From the NCBI GenBank assembly GCA_964414715.1, contig CAYPXN010000040.1, positions 5,988 to 69,987 of the forward strand: DNA of 64,000 nucleotides. The letters run 5' to 3'. The position numbers were made by a program, and so were the translations under genes. Below are positions 56,152 through 64,000 of this stretch, piece by piece; position 1 is the stretch's first letter, and each line of letters begins with the position of its first letter. The stretch comes from an uncultured Pseudomonadota bacterium (lineage in GTDB: Bacteria; UBA10199; JADFYH01). Under the pieces are notes generated by a model. The model was not told where the DNA came from. It searched no databases and saw only the letters and a program-made list of their open reading frames with translations.

Positions 56152-56258
56152 GAATCACCTCATTTGACGATAAAAGTTAGAAGAAGAAAAAAAGATTGGG
56201 ATTTTTTTAAATGAAATTGTTAAAATTAGGAAGTACTTTTTGGGAAAAGGAGAAAATC

Positions 56259-56468
56259 ATGAAGCGTTTTTTGTTTATTTCTTTGATGCTCACCTTAGGA
56301 CTCTCTGGAGCAATTTCATGTGGTGAGTCTGCAAATCAAGAAGGGGGTAGTCCTGTAGTCACAGACCAAAATACTCCCACGAATCCTCCCTCAAATAATG
56401 CAACGGATGTACCTGCAGATTTAGAGGGAACCAACCTCAACCCACCCCCTGCGCCTCCCAGCCATTAA
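56259..56468 (+). CDS. Small secreted/lipoprotein-like protein. The ORF track starts at 56211.
   Basis: AAGGAG RBS before the ATG at 56259. MKRFLFISLMLTLGLSGAISC signal. Confidence 0.45.
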   Translation: MKRFLFISLMLTLGLSGAISCGESANQEGGSPVVTDQNTPTNPPSNNATDVPADLEGTNLNPPPAPPSH

Positions 56469-57040
56469 AGAGCATCTTCTGCTGTACTTGAAGTTTTTGG
56501 TTTAGACTTAGCAGGAGTCGTTGGCTTTACCGCCGTTGTTTGATTTGATTTAGAAGAAGTTATTTGAGAGTTTTCCTGCGTAGATTTTGAAGACTTTGCA
56601 TTAGACCCATTGTTTTTTTCAGTGGGTTTTTCTTTTTCTTTTAACTTCTCATTTTTAGCCGCTTCTGCGTCCAACTTTTCCCGGTTATAACCTGACTTGT
56701 AACCCTTTAAAAATCCCCCCTGATATCCATTGATAAAGTTGGCCCGACTTCCATACTCATAGCGGTATTTCTTTTCCCCCATTTTATATTCTTCATGAGA
56801 AGACGGATTTTCTTTTTTACCCACTTTTTTATCTTCTTTGCCCGCCTTGACACCTTCGTCATAACCCAGAACAAATCCTCGTTTAGCAGAAGGATCTCCC
56901 ATGTAAGGCTTTCTGGTTCCTTCGGCAGCATTGGATTTGTCTGATTTTGCTGACTTTGCAGAACTATCTGCTGAAAAGAGCATAAAAGGATGGGAGAAGA
57001 ATGCAACGACACAAGTCCAAAAGATTATTTTTTTCATCAT
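56465..57040 (-). CDS. Secreted Lys-rich hypothetical protein.
   Basis: Signal peptide MMKKIIFWTCVVAFFSHPFMLFSA. Low-complexity K/S-rich C-terminus. Confidence 0.5.
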   Translation of the reverse strand: MMKKIIFWTCVVAFFSHPFMLFSADSSAKSAKSDKSNAAEGTRKPYMGDPSAKRGFVLGYDEGVKAGKEDKKVGKKENPSSHEEYKMGEKKYRYEYGSRANFINGYQGGFLKGYKSGYNREKLDAEAAKNEKLKEKEKPTEKNNGSNAKSSKSTQENSQITSSKSNQTTAVKPTTPAKSKPKTSSTAEDAL

Positions 57041-57280
57041 ATAAAAATTTGTTAACAGAAGTGAGTTTTTTTATGGATCCCCGATATAAAAAGTAATAAT
57101 ATGTTTTTACTTTTCTCACAAGAGAAAGCAAGAAAATTACGCTTCCATTTTGGGGTCAGTTTTACTATCCCTCTCTTTTATTAACAGATTCTGATGTCAG
57201 GGCTTGGCACCTAACATTATAAAATCTTGATAGAGGAAAGGTGATAAAGCAACCTTTTCAAAACTTAACCGATAAACTCA

Positions 57281-57302
57281 TTAAGAGGTTCACACCTCTT
57301 AA
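57281..57302. promoter_or_regulatory. Perfect 9-4-9 palindrome abutting the ORF start. Candidate operator or RBS-sequestering hairpin.
   Basis: TTAAGAGGTtcacACCTCTTAA directly before ATG 57303. An alternative GTG start at 57324 has an AAGGAAAGGG RBS. Confidence 0.3.
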
Positions 57303-57716
57303 ATGAAAGGAAAGGGCGTACCTGTGATCAATCAAATTGAACACACCAAGCTTCTTATCAACCGCATCATCAAGGATTACCAAACAGAAGGTCCTTTACC
57401 CTCTATCAAAGACTTGAATGTCTGTCTCGAACACATGGACCCTCAAGAGCTTGCACAAGCTATCTACTGTCTTGAATATAAAGATTATCTTAAAAACAGC
57501 CTCGAAACCCCAGTCTTCAATACAGGAAAATTTGAAAATCTCATGAATAATTCTCTCGATGTAAAAAATGACATCGAAAAGATTTTCATGGCTGTTGCAG
57601 AACACTTCCGCAGAGTTCCTTCAGAAGCAGCTCCTATGGTTGATCAAATGTTCCAATACTTTTACAAGACTTTGGTGCATCTTTCCAGCAACCGTCGCTT
57701 AACCAGTCTAAATTAA
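57303..57716 (+). CDS. Hypothetical protein, possible GTG start at 57324.
   Basis: ORF of 137 aa. No family recognised. Confidence 0.45.
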   Translation: MKGKGVPVINQIEHTKLLINRIIKDYQTEGPLPSIKDLNVCLEHMDPQELAQAIYCLEYKDYLKNSLETPVFNTGKFENLMNNSLDVKNDIEKIFMAVAEHFRRVPSEAAPMVDQMFQYFYKTLVHLSSNRRLTSLN

Positions 57717-57718
57717 AA

Positions 57719-58951
57719 TTATTTTTTATTAATTTTTAAAACCTTTGAAGATGCAGGAAGCATTTCTTGCACTCGATCAAGAATGATTCCTGCAATAGTT
57801 TTTTTGGAGGCAAGGGGAGTTTCAATCTTTTGACCGTCCTTCAGAAAAAGAGTCATCTGGTTTTCATCTGAAGCAAAGCCGATCCCGGCAGTTGAGACAT
57901 CATTCGCACAGATCATGCTCAGGTTTTTGTTTTTAAGCTTCTTTAAAGCCTCATCTTCAAGCTTTTGAGTTTCAGCGGCAAAACCTACCAAAATCTGAGA
58001 GGGCTTCTTCTGTTTACCCAATTCTGCGAGGATATCCGGATTCTGAACCAGCTCGACAGTCAAATCCGCATCTTTCTTTTTTTCTTTTTGAGGGAGCACT
58101 TTTTTGGGGCGAAAGTCAGAAACGGCCGCACTCGAAATAAAAATATCAGAATTTGAAAATTCTTTCAAAACAGCTTCTTTCATTTCCAAAGCTGTCTTTA
58201 CTTTCAAGAGTTTAATTCCTGGAGGAGGTGTTAAATACGTAGGTCCAGACACTAAAATAACCTCGGCACCTCGTTTGCGGGCTTCTTCAGCCAAAGCATA
58301 ACCCATTTTACCCGTCGAAGGATTCGAAATGTAACGAACCGGATCGATCGCTTCCCAAGTAGGGCCTGCTGTAATCAAAACTTTCTTACCCTGAAGAGGG
58401 CTTTCTTTAAAATGAATCAAAACTTCCCGGACAATCTCCTCAACTTCTGGGAGACGGCCGGTACCTTCCCAACCACAAGCCAATGAGCCTGATGCAGGCG
58501 AAATCACCTGATGCCCACGTTCCTGCAAAATTTTCACATTACTTTGTGTGGCAGGATGCTTCCACATATTCACATTCATCGAAGGACAAATCATAATCGG
58601 TGAGCGAGTTGCACAGAGAAGGGTAGTTAAAAGGTCATCACAGTTCCCTTGAACCATCTTTGCCATCAAGTCTGCTGTTGCCGGGGCAAGAATGATCAAA
58701 TCAGGCATGTCTGCCAATTGAATATGACTAATTTTGGATTCCTGTTCCAAATCAAAGAGGTCAATATGGACCTCATGACCCGAAAGAACTTGGAGAGTAA
58801 AAGGAGTAATAAATTGGGTAGCAGCCTTGGTCATTACCACATAAACATCCGCGCCTTGATCCTGAAGGCGACGTACAAGATCGCATGATTTGTAAGCAGC
58901 AATTCCACCTGAGACACCCAAGAGTATCTTTTTATCTGAAAGAGGGAGCAT
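57719..58951 (-). CDS. coaBC: Bifunctional phosphopantothenoylcysteine decarboxylase/phosphopantothenate-cysteine ligase.
   Basis: N-terminal flavoprotein domain (GVSGGIAAYK) plus C-terminal DFP domain. Length 410 aa. Confidence 0.9.
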   Translation of the reverse strand: MLPLSDKKILLGVSGGIAAYKSCDLVRRLQDQGADVYVVMTKAATQFITPFTLQVLSGHEVHIDLFDLEQESKISHIQLADMPDLIILAPATADLMAKMVQGNCDDLLTTLLCATRSPIMICPSMNVNMWKHPATQSNVKILQERGHQVISPASGSLACGWEGTGRLPEVEEIVREVLIHFKESPLQGKKVLITAGPTWEAIDPVRYISNPSTGKMGYALAEEARKRGAEVILVSGPTYLTPPPGIKLLKVKTALEMKEAVLKEFSNSDIFISSAAVSDFRPKKVLPQKEKKKDADLTVELVQNPDILAELGKQKKPSQILVGFAAETQKLEDEALKKLKNKNLSMICANDVSTAGIGFASDENQMTLFLKDGQKIETPLASKKTIAGIILDRVQEMLPASSKVLKINKK

Positions 58952-59021
58952 AGATCTCTAATGTAAATGATAGGATGGGCATAAGGCAATGACAGATATT
59001 TGGATGTGTTGTGCTGGCTGA

Positions 59022-59064
59022 ATATTATGTTATATTTTGCAATTAGCAAAATATAACATAATAT
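59022..59064. promoter_or_regulatory. Perfect 19-bp inverted repeat with a 5-nt spacer (43 bp total) in the coaBC/shc divergent region.
   Basis: ATATTATGTTATATTTTGC-aatta-GCAAAATATAACATAATAT. Confidence 0.5.
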
Positions 59065-59094
59065 ATCTTATACGACATTATATAAAAGGTCAGC

Positions 59095-59122
59095 TTGACA
59101 CTTGTAAGGCCCAGACTATATT
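59095..59122 (+). promoter_or_regulatory. Sigma70-like promoter for shc.
   Basis: TTGACA, 16 nt, TATATT. AAGGAG RBS before the ATG at 59164. Confidence 0.45.
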
Positions 59123-59163
59123 CCTTTTCATTCTACTCAATTTAAAAGCCCTTAAGGAGTTCT

Positions 59164-61218
59164 ATGCTGAGTGACGCTGCCCAGAATATCAGTTCCCTAC
59201 GTAGTCCCGAAAACCTACTACTTCGGGTCGATCATGCTATTCACAAATCCCAGAATTTAATCCTTTCCCAACAATTCAAGGAAGGCTTTTGGTGGTATAC
59301 CCTGGAGGCAAATGAATCCATTTGCGCAGAATACATCATGATGCTCCATATATTGGATATCGTCAAAGATCATAAAAAAATTCAGGAAGGTCTTTTAAAA
59401 CGCATTCTTAAAAAACAACAAGCGGACGGATCCTGGTTGCTCTTTCACGAAGGTCCTGGAGATATTTCTACCACGGTGGAATGTTACTTCGCCTTAAAAC
59501 TTGCCGGGCACTCCATTCAAGAACCTTACATGCTTAAAGCCAAGGACTTCATCCTAAAACATGGAGGCATCACCCAAACCCGCGTGTTTACCAAAATTCA
59601 TCTGGCTCTTTTCGGAATCGTTCCCTGGAGCGCCTGCCCGGTAATGCCAATTAGTTTTGTTTTATTTCCCGACTGGCTTCCCTTGAACATTTATGAATTT
59701 TCAAGTTGGGCCCGAGCCTGCATTGTACCTTTACTTGTGGTTCTCGAGAAAAAACCTCTGTACAAATTACCACTCGCAAACCTTGAAGAGCTCTTTGTTG
59801 AAAAACCTGAAAAACGCGATTATTCCTACAAAACCAGCAAAGGTTTCTTTTCTCTGGAAAACCTCTTTATCCAACTCAATAAAATTTTAAAAATCGCAGT
59901 TCCACTAATCCCTTCCTCAAATCCCATTACCTCCAAAGCTCTCTCAAAAGCTGGAAAATGGATTGAGGAACATATTCAAAAAACTGAGGATATATACCCT
60001 GCCCTTGCCTACTCTTTGCTTGCCATGACTCTATTGGGCAAAAAAATCTCCGACCCACTTCCCCAAAAATGTTTGAAAGGTTTACAACTTTTTCAACAAT
60101 ACTGTATTGAAGATCTCCCTGAAATTCCCAGCACTCTTTATACAAAAGACAAAAAAATCAAGGCTCCCGATCATTACCTCATTCCCGAAGAACAGGCTCA
60201 ATACATACACCAACAATGCTGCATTTCACCGGTATGGGATACCCCCTGGACTTCTATTGCTCTTTTGGAATCCGGTCTTGCCAACAATCACCCCGCTCTT
60301 CTCAAGGCTGCTCGCTGGCTCATCTCCAAGCAAATCATGGACACCAAAGGTGATTGGAATATCAAAAACAAAAAAACTCAAGCAGGCGGTTGGTCTTTCG
60401 AATTTGAAAATGATTATTTTCCTGATGTCGACGATAGCATCGAAGTCCTTCATTTACTTTTCAAAGTGGACTTGCCTCGTCAAGAAATGATGGAGTCATT
60501 CCAACGCGGTTTGGATTGGAGTCTCTCCATGCAATCTAAAAATGGAGGCTGGGCCGCTTTTGATGTAGACAATACAGCACAATGGGTAAACAAAATTCCT
60601 TTTTCAGATCATGGTGCCTGCCTGGACCCTCCTACTCCAGACATCACTGGCAGAATGTTGGAACTTCTTGCTCTCATTGGACACTCCAAAGACTACCCTC
60701 CTTGCGAAAAAGCTCTTCAATTTATATTCAAGCATCAGGAAAAAAATGGTTCCTGGGAAGGACGCTGGGGTGTGAATTACATCTATGGTACTTGGTGTGT
60801 GCTTCAAGGTTTACATCAAATGGGAATTTCCAATAACGACACTCGTATACGAAAAGCTGCTAAATGGTTGAAGTCCGTTCAAAATGAGGATGGAGGCTGG
60901 TCAGAATCCTGTAATAGTTATATCCAGAAAAAACATGTCCCCCTGAAAGAATCCACTGCCTCCCAAACTGCCTGGGCTCTCATGGGGCTCATTGCTGCCG
61001 GAGAACATGATTCTGAAGAGGTTCATAAGGGCATTGAATATCTTTTAAAACAACAAGCGGCATTCGGTGGATGGAATGAAGAAGCTTATACTGGAACGGG
61101 TTTCCCTGGACATTTCTATATTCGTTATCACGGTTACAGACATTATTTCCCTTTATTGGCTTTGGGGAAATTTAAAAATGCCTATCAACTAAAAAACAAG
61201 ACTTCTGCTGCCTTTTAA
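59164..61218 (+). CDS. shc: Squalene-hopene cyclase.
   Basis: Multiple QW repeats (QxxxGxW). DVDDS aspartate-rich catalytic motif. Length 684 aa. Confidence 0.9.
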   Translation: MLSDAAQNISSLRSPENLLLRVDHAIHKSQNLILSQQFKEGFWWYTLEANESICAEYIMMLHILDIVKDHKKIQEGLLKRILKKQQADGSWLLFHEGPGDISTTVECYFALKLAGHSIQEPYMLKAKDFILKHGGITQTRVFTKIHLALFGIVPWSACPVMPISFVLFPDWLPLNIYEFSSWARACIVPLLVVLEKKPLYKLPLANLEELFVEKPEKRDYSYKTSKGFFSLENLFIQLNKILKIAVPLIPSSNPITSKALSKAGKWIEEHIQKTEDIYPALAYSLLAMTLLGKKISDPLPQKCLKGLQLFQQYCIEDLPEIPSTLYTKDKKIKAPDHYLIPEEQAQYIHQQCCISPVWDTPWTSIALLESGLANNHPALLKAARWLISKQIMDTKGDWNIKNKKTQAGGWSFEFENDYFPDVDDSIEVLHLLFKVDLPRQEMMESFQRGLDWSLSMQSKNGGWAAFDVDNTAQWVNKIPFSDHGACLDPPTPDITGRMLELLALIGHSKDYPPCEKALQFIFKHQEKNGSWEGRWGVNYIYGTWCVLQGLHQMGISNNDTRIRKAAKWLKSVQNEDGGWSESCNSYIQKKHVPLKESTASQTAWALMGLIAAGEHDSEEVHKGIEYLLKQQAAFGGWNEEAYTGTGFPGHFYIRYHGYRHYFPLLALGKFKNAYQLKNKTSAAF

Positions 61219-61256
61219 CTTTCAATAAATAGTTTGGAGTTAAAAACGTTGGATTT

Positions 61257-61634
61257 TTATTGGTCTTTTTCCCGAACATTCACATTCACTTCGTGTGAGG
61301 TCGCCTTACCTTTGGGAGTAAAAGAAAATTTTGCATCGATGTGAATTTGCAATCGACTCAAAGCTTTCACAATTTCTTCATGGACGTTGATCTTGGAAAA
61401 AAAATTTGAAAACTCACTCGCCAAAACAGCCATCATGTCATCTTTTTGTTTTTTAGCCTGGTCTACCACATAACCCATGGCATCTTTGGGAAGCTTCAAA
61501 TCTCCCAAGGTAGAACGAATCGACTCTTCCGTCATAAAAATGGCTCCGATACCCGTCAAAAGCAGCTTACGAGCCATATCTGTCAGAAGGCCCCCCTTCC
61601 CCTCTTTCGTTTCTTTTTTTTCTTTATTAGCCAT
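61257..61634 (-). CDS. Phasin-family (PHA granule-associated)-like protein.
   Basis: 125-aa helical protein. ARKLLLTGIGAIFMT resembles the TIGR01837 phasin N-terminus. Confidence 0.45.
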   Translation of the reverse strand: MANKEKKETKEGKGGLLTDMARKLLLTGIGAIFMTEESIRSTLGDLKLPKDAMGYVVDQAKKQKDDMMAVLASEFSNFFSKINVHEEIVKALSRLQIHIDAKFSFTPKGKATSHEVNVNVREKDQ

Positions 61635-62052
61635 GCTCGATTCGTTTTTTAAACTCCTTCATCATGACAGGCAAATTCTTGCCAATCAAAACTGAAGAAA
61701 TCGATTTGGGCACCAAAAGACCAAAACCCACCTCAATTTCATAGGTAGCTTCTGTAATCCCTTTTTTACTTTCTTCCAATTTCCAAGAACCTTTATTCGA
61801 TTTCATAAAATCCCCTTCTACCAAAGTCCAATGAAGCCCATGAGGGGGATCTAAAGTGATATCGAGAGTGTAATGGATTGTTTTGATCATATCCATCTCA
61901 AATTCAACCTGAACTTTTTTTCCGCTTTTTTTGAGAATCTTTGCCCCTTTACTGCCCGTCAAAAACTCATGATAACTCTCAAAGTCTGAAATCACTTCAT
62001 ATACTTTTTTAAGTGGGGCTTTAATTTCAATAGAAGTCGACGTTGCTGACAT
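61627..62052 (-). CDS. SRPBCC (polyketide cyclase/CoxG/RatA-like) domain protein.
   Basis: 141-aa START/Bet v1-like sequence. Confidence 0.65.
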   Translation of the reverse strand: MSATSTSIEIKAPLKKVYEVISDFESYHEFLTGSKGAKILKKSGKKVQVEFEMDMIKTIHYTLDITLDPPHGLHWTLVEGDFMKSNKGSWKLEESKKGITEATYEIEVGFGLLVPKSISSVLIGKNLPVMMKEFKKRIEHG

Positions 62053-62085
62053 ATCTTTGCTCTCTCCAATAAATTTTAATGAATT

Positions 62086-63039
62086 TTAGTAAACTGGCTT
62101 TGTTTTGAAATGATGGGTGGCATGAATAAAACGAATGGTTTTTGTTTTGGATCGCATCACGATGGAATGGGTTTCTGCACCTCCTCCATAAAAACGTACC
62201 CCTTGGAGAAAATCGCCTGTGGTCACACCGGTAGCCGCAAACATCACATCGCCTTTAGCCAAATCTTCAATACCAAAAATCTGATCCAGATTTTTGATTC
62301 CCATTTTTTTCGCGCGTTCTTTTTCTTCCTCATTGCGGAACTTTAAACGCCCCTGCATATCCCCATCCACACAACGCAATGCTGCAGCAGCCAAAACTCC
62401 TTCCGGAGCCCCACCAATACCAAAGAGAATATCCACTCCCGTTTCGGGTTTGCAGGTTGCAATGGCTGCCGAAACATCTCCATCCGGAATCAACTTGATA
62501 CGCGCACCCGCTTTACGAACTTCTTTAATCAATTCTTCATGACGGGGACGATCCAAAATAATCGCCGTAAGGTCCGATACATTACACTCTTTTGCTTTAG
62601 CTAATGACTCTAAATTCCAGGTGGGAGATTTTGTAATATCAATCTTTCCCTTGCCCGCAGGTCCTACTGCCACTTTTTCCATATAGGTATCAGGGGCATG
62701 AAGAAAATTTCCATGTTCGGCAATTGCAATCACCGCCAAGGCATTGGGAGCACCTTGAGCGCACAAATTCGTACCTTCCAGGGGATCTAAAGCTATATCT
62801 ACTTTATACCCATTCCCCTTCCCTACTTTTTCCCCGATATAGAGCATCGGGGCTTCATCCCTCTCCCCTTCTCCAATTACTACCGTTCCTTCAAAAGGGA
62901 TGGAATTCAAGGCACGTCGCATGGCATCTACTGCAGCTTGATCTGCCGCATGATTATCGCCACGACCCATCAAACGGGCGCACTCCAAAGCTGCAGACTC
63001 CGTAACACGAACCATCTCAAGAGCTAGATTTCTATCCAT
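62086..63039 (-). CDS. glpX: Fructose-1,6-bisphosphatase class II.
   Basis: MDRNLALEMVRVTESAALE N-terminus and the GlpX family pattern. Length 317 aa. Confidence 0.9.
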   Translation of the reverse strand: MDRNLALEMVRVTESAALECARLMGRGDNHAADQAAVDAMRRALNSIPFEGTVVIGEGERDEAPMLYIGEKVGKGNGYKVDIALDPLEGTNLCAQGAPNALAVIAIAEHGNFLHAPDTYMEKVAVGPAGKGKIDITKSPTWNLESLAKAKECNVSDLTAIILDRPRHEELIKEVRKAGARIKLIPDGDVSAAIATCKPETGVDILFGIGGAPEGVLAAAALRCVDGDMQGRLKFRNEEEKERAKKMGIKNLDQIFGIEDLAKGDVMFAATGVTTGDFLQGVRFYGGGAETHSIVMRSKTKTIRFIHATHHFKTKPVY

Positions 63040-63176
63040 ACATTTTCTCTCATAAAATAAGCAGGATGATTTTGAAAAACTTTCAGCCGTAATATTCAGA
63101 TCTCAACACCCAACAAAAACATCAAAGGAGGATCTGAAAGTTTTGAGAAATTATCCTGATTGTTTCTTTTGAAGAT

Positions 63177-64000
63177 TTACAATTTGAGTGCTTGCCTGAG
63201 TTCTTCGGTATTCGCATTAATCACGGTGGGCTGAGGCGACACCCGAATTGCATTGTCAGGATCCTTTAACCCATGTCCTGTTAATGTGCAAACTAATATG
63301 TCACCGCTTTTGAAGAATTTTTTCTTCGCTAATTTCAAAGCACCTGCCACCGAAGCCGCAGAAGCAGGCTCGCAGAAATAACCTTCAGATCGCGCAATCC
63401 ATTGGTAAGCTTCCAGAATTTCTTCATCGGTCACACTATCAATCAAACCTTTTGATTCAGACAAGGCCGCCAAAGCACCGTCTTTGTTTGCAGGATTTCC
63501 AATTCGAATTGCAGTCGCAATGGTTTCAGGATTCTTTACTGTTTGGCCCAAAACGAGAGGAGCCGCACCTGCCGCCTGAAAGCCGAGCATCGCTGGTAAA
63601 CGTGTAGAATTTTTAGCATCCAGATAATCTTTATAACCCGCCCAGTAAGCAGTAATATTCCCTGCATTTCCCACCGGAAGTGCATGATAGGTAGGAGCAT
63701 CTCCCAGAGCTTCCACCACTTCATAGGCCGCAGATTTTTGACCAATCAATCGATAAGGATTTACGGAATTCACAAGGGTAATTTTTCCACCCTGTGCAAT
63801 TTCTTTCACCATCTTGAGTGCATCGTCAAAATTTCCTTTTACCTGAAAAACTTTTGCTCCATGCATCATCGCTTGAGAAAGCTTTCCCAGGGCAATTTTA
63901 CCTTCAGGAATCAAAACCGCAGCTTCAATTCCCGCACGTGCAGCATAGGCAGCTGCCGCAGCAGAAGTATTTCCCGTTGAGGCACAAATAATCGCTTTGG
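63177..64000 (-). CDS. thrC: Threonine synthase, 3' portion. The gene continues beyond the window end.
   Basis: The frame stays open to position 64000. Translation ...[40 protein letters not shown] (PLP-binding region). Confidence 0.85.
   Translation of the reverse strand, partial: KAIICASTGNTSAAAAAYAARAGIEAAVLIPEGKIALGKLSQAMMHGAKVFQVKGNFDDALKMVKEIAQGGKITLVNSVNPYRLIGQKSAAYEVVEALGDAPTYHALPVGNAGNITAYWAGYKDYLDAKNSTRLPAMLGFQAAGAAPLVLGQTVKNPETIATAIRIGNPANKDGALAALSESKGLIDSVTDEEILEAYQWIARSEGYFCEPASAASVAGALKLAKKKFFKSGDILVCTLTGHGLKDPDNAIRVSPQPTVINANTEELRQALKL

Noticed and set aside
57041-57302. 260-nt gene-free region, checked for tRNA, tmRNA or other structured RNA.
   Set aside because: No cloverleaf-compatible segments and no conserved tmRNA or RNase P motifs were recognisable by eye. 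Only short palindromes were found, one of which is reported separately.
1-64000. Prophage, integron or IS element content.
   Set aside because: No integrase, transposase, recombinase, att-like tRNA flank or phage structural gene was recognised. The accessory character of the first 15 kb rests on gene content only.

Overview
The window is a Gram-negative bacterial chromosomal segment of about 40-45% GC with tightly packed genes. Most of it is housekeeping: lysS, lolC/E-lolD, bamA-skp, yicC-gmk-spoT, rpmB, nadE, rsmI, xth, sodC, metF, ispH, uppP, coaBC, shc, glpX, thrC, murJ and rpsT. The first ~15 kb is different and looks like an accessory or effector island. It carries a giant ORF of at least 2979 aa that runs off the 5' edge of the window. 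This ORF combines a RelA/SpoT-type nucleotidyltransferase domain, a hydrophobic hairpin, four FHA-like modules around a PP2C phosphatase, and a C-terminal Cys/His papain-like region. Next to it are a convergent 712-aa HExxH protein, two tandem paralogous lipoproteins that share a near-identical DNA segment, and a collagen-like (GXY)n protein. Further along is a small GIY-YIG nuclease gene bracketed by two copies of a palindrome-bearing repeat. Two conserved genes carry single in-frame stop codons (bamA TAG at 26013-26015; a PL1 pectate lyase TGA at 40876-40878), although TAG and TGA act as normal stops elsewhere in the window. Several unusual domain fusions and strong intergenic palindromes are also noted. 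No rRNA, tRNA, CRISPR array, transposase or integrase was recognised.
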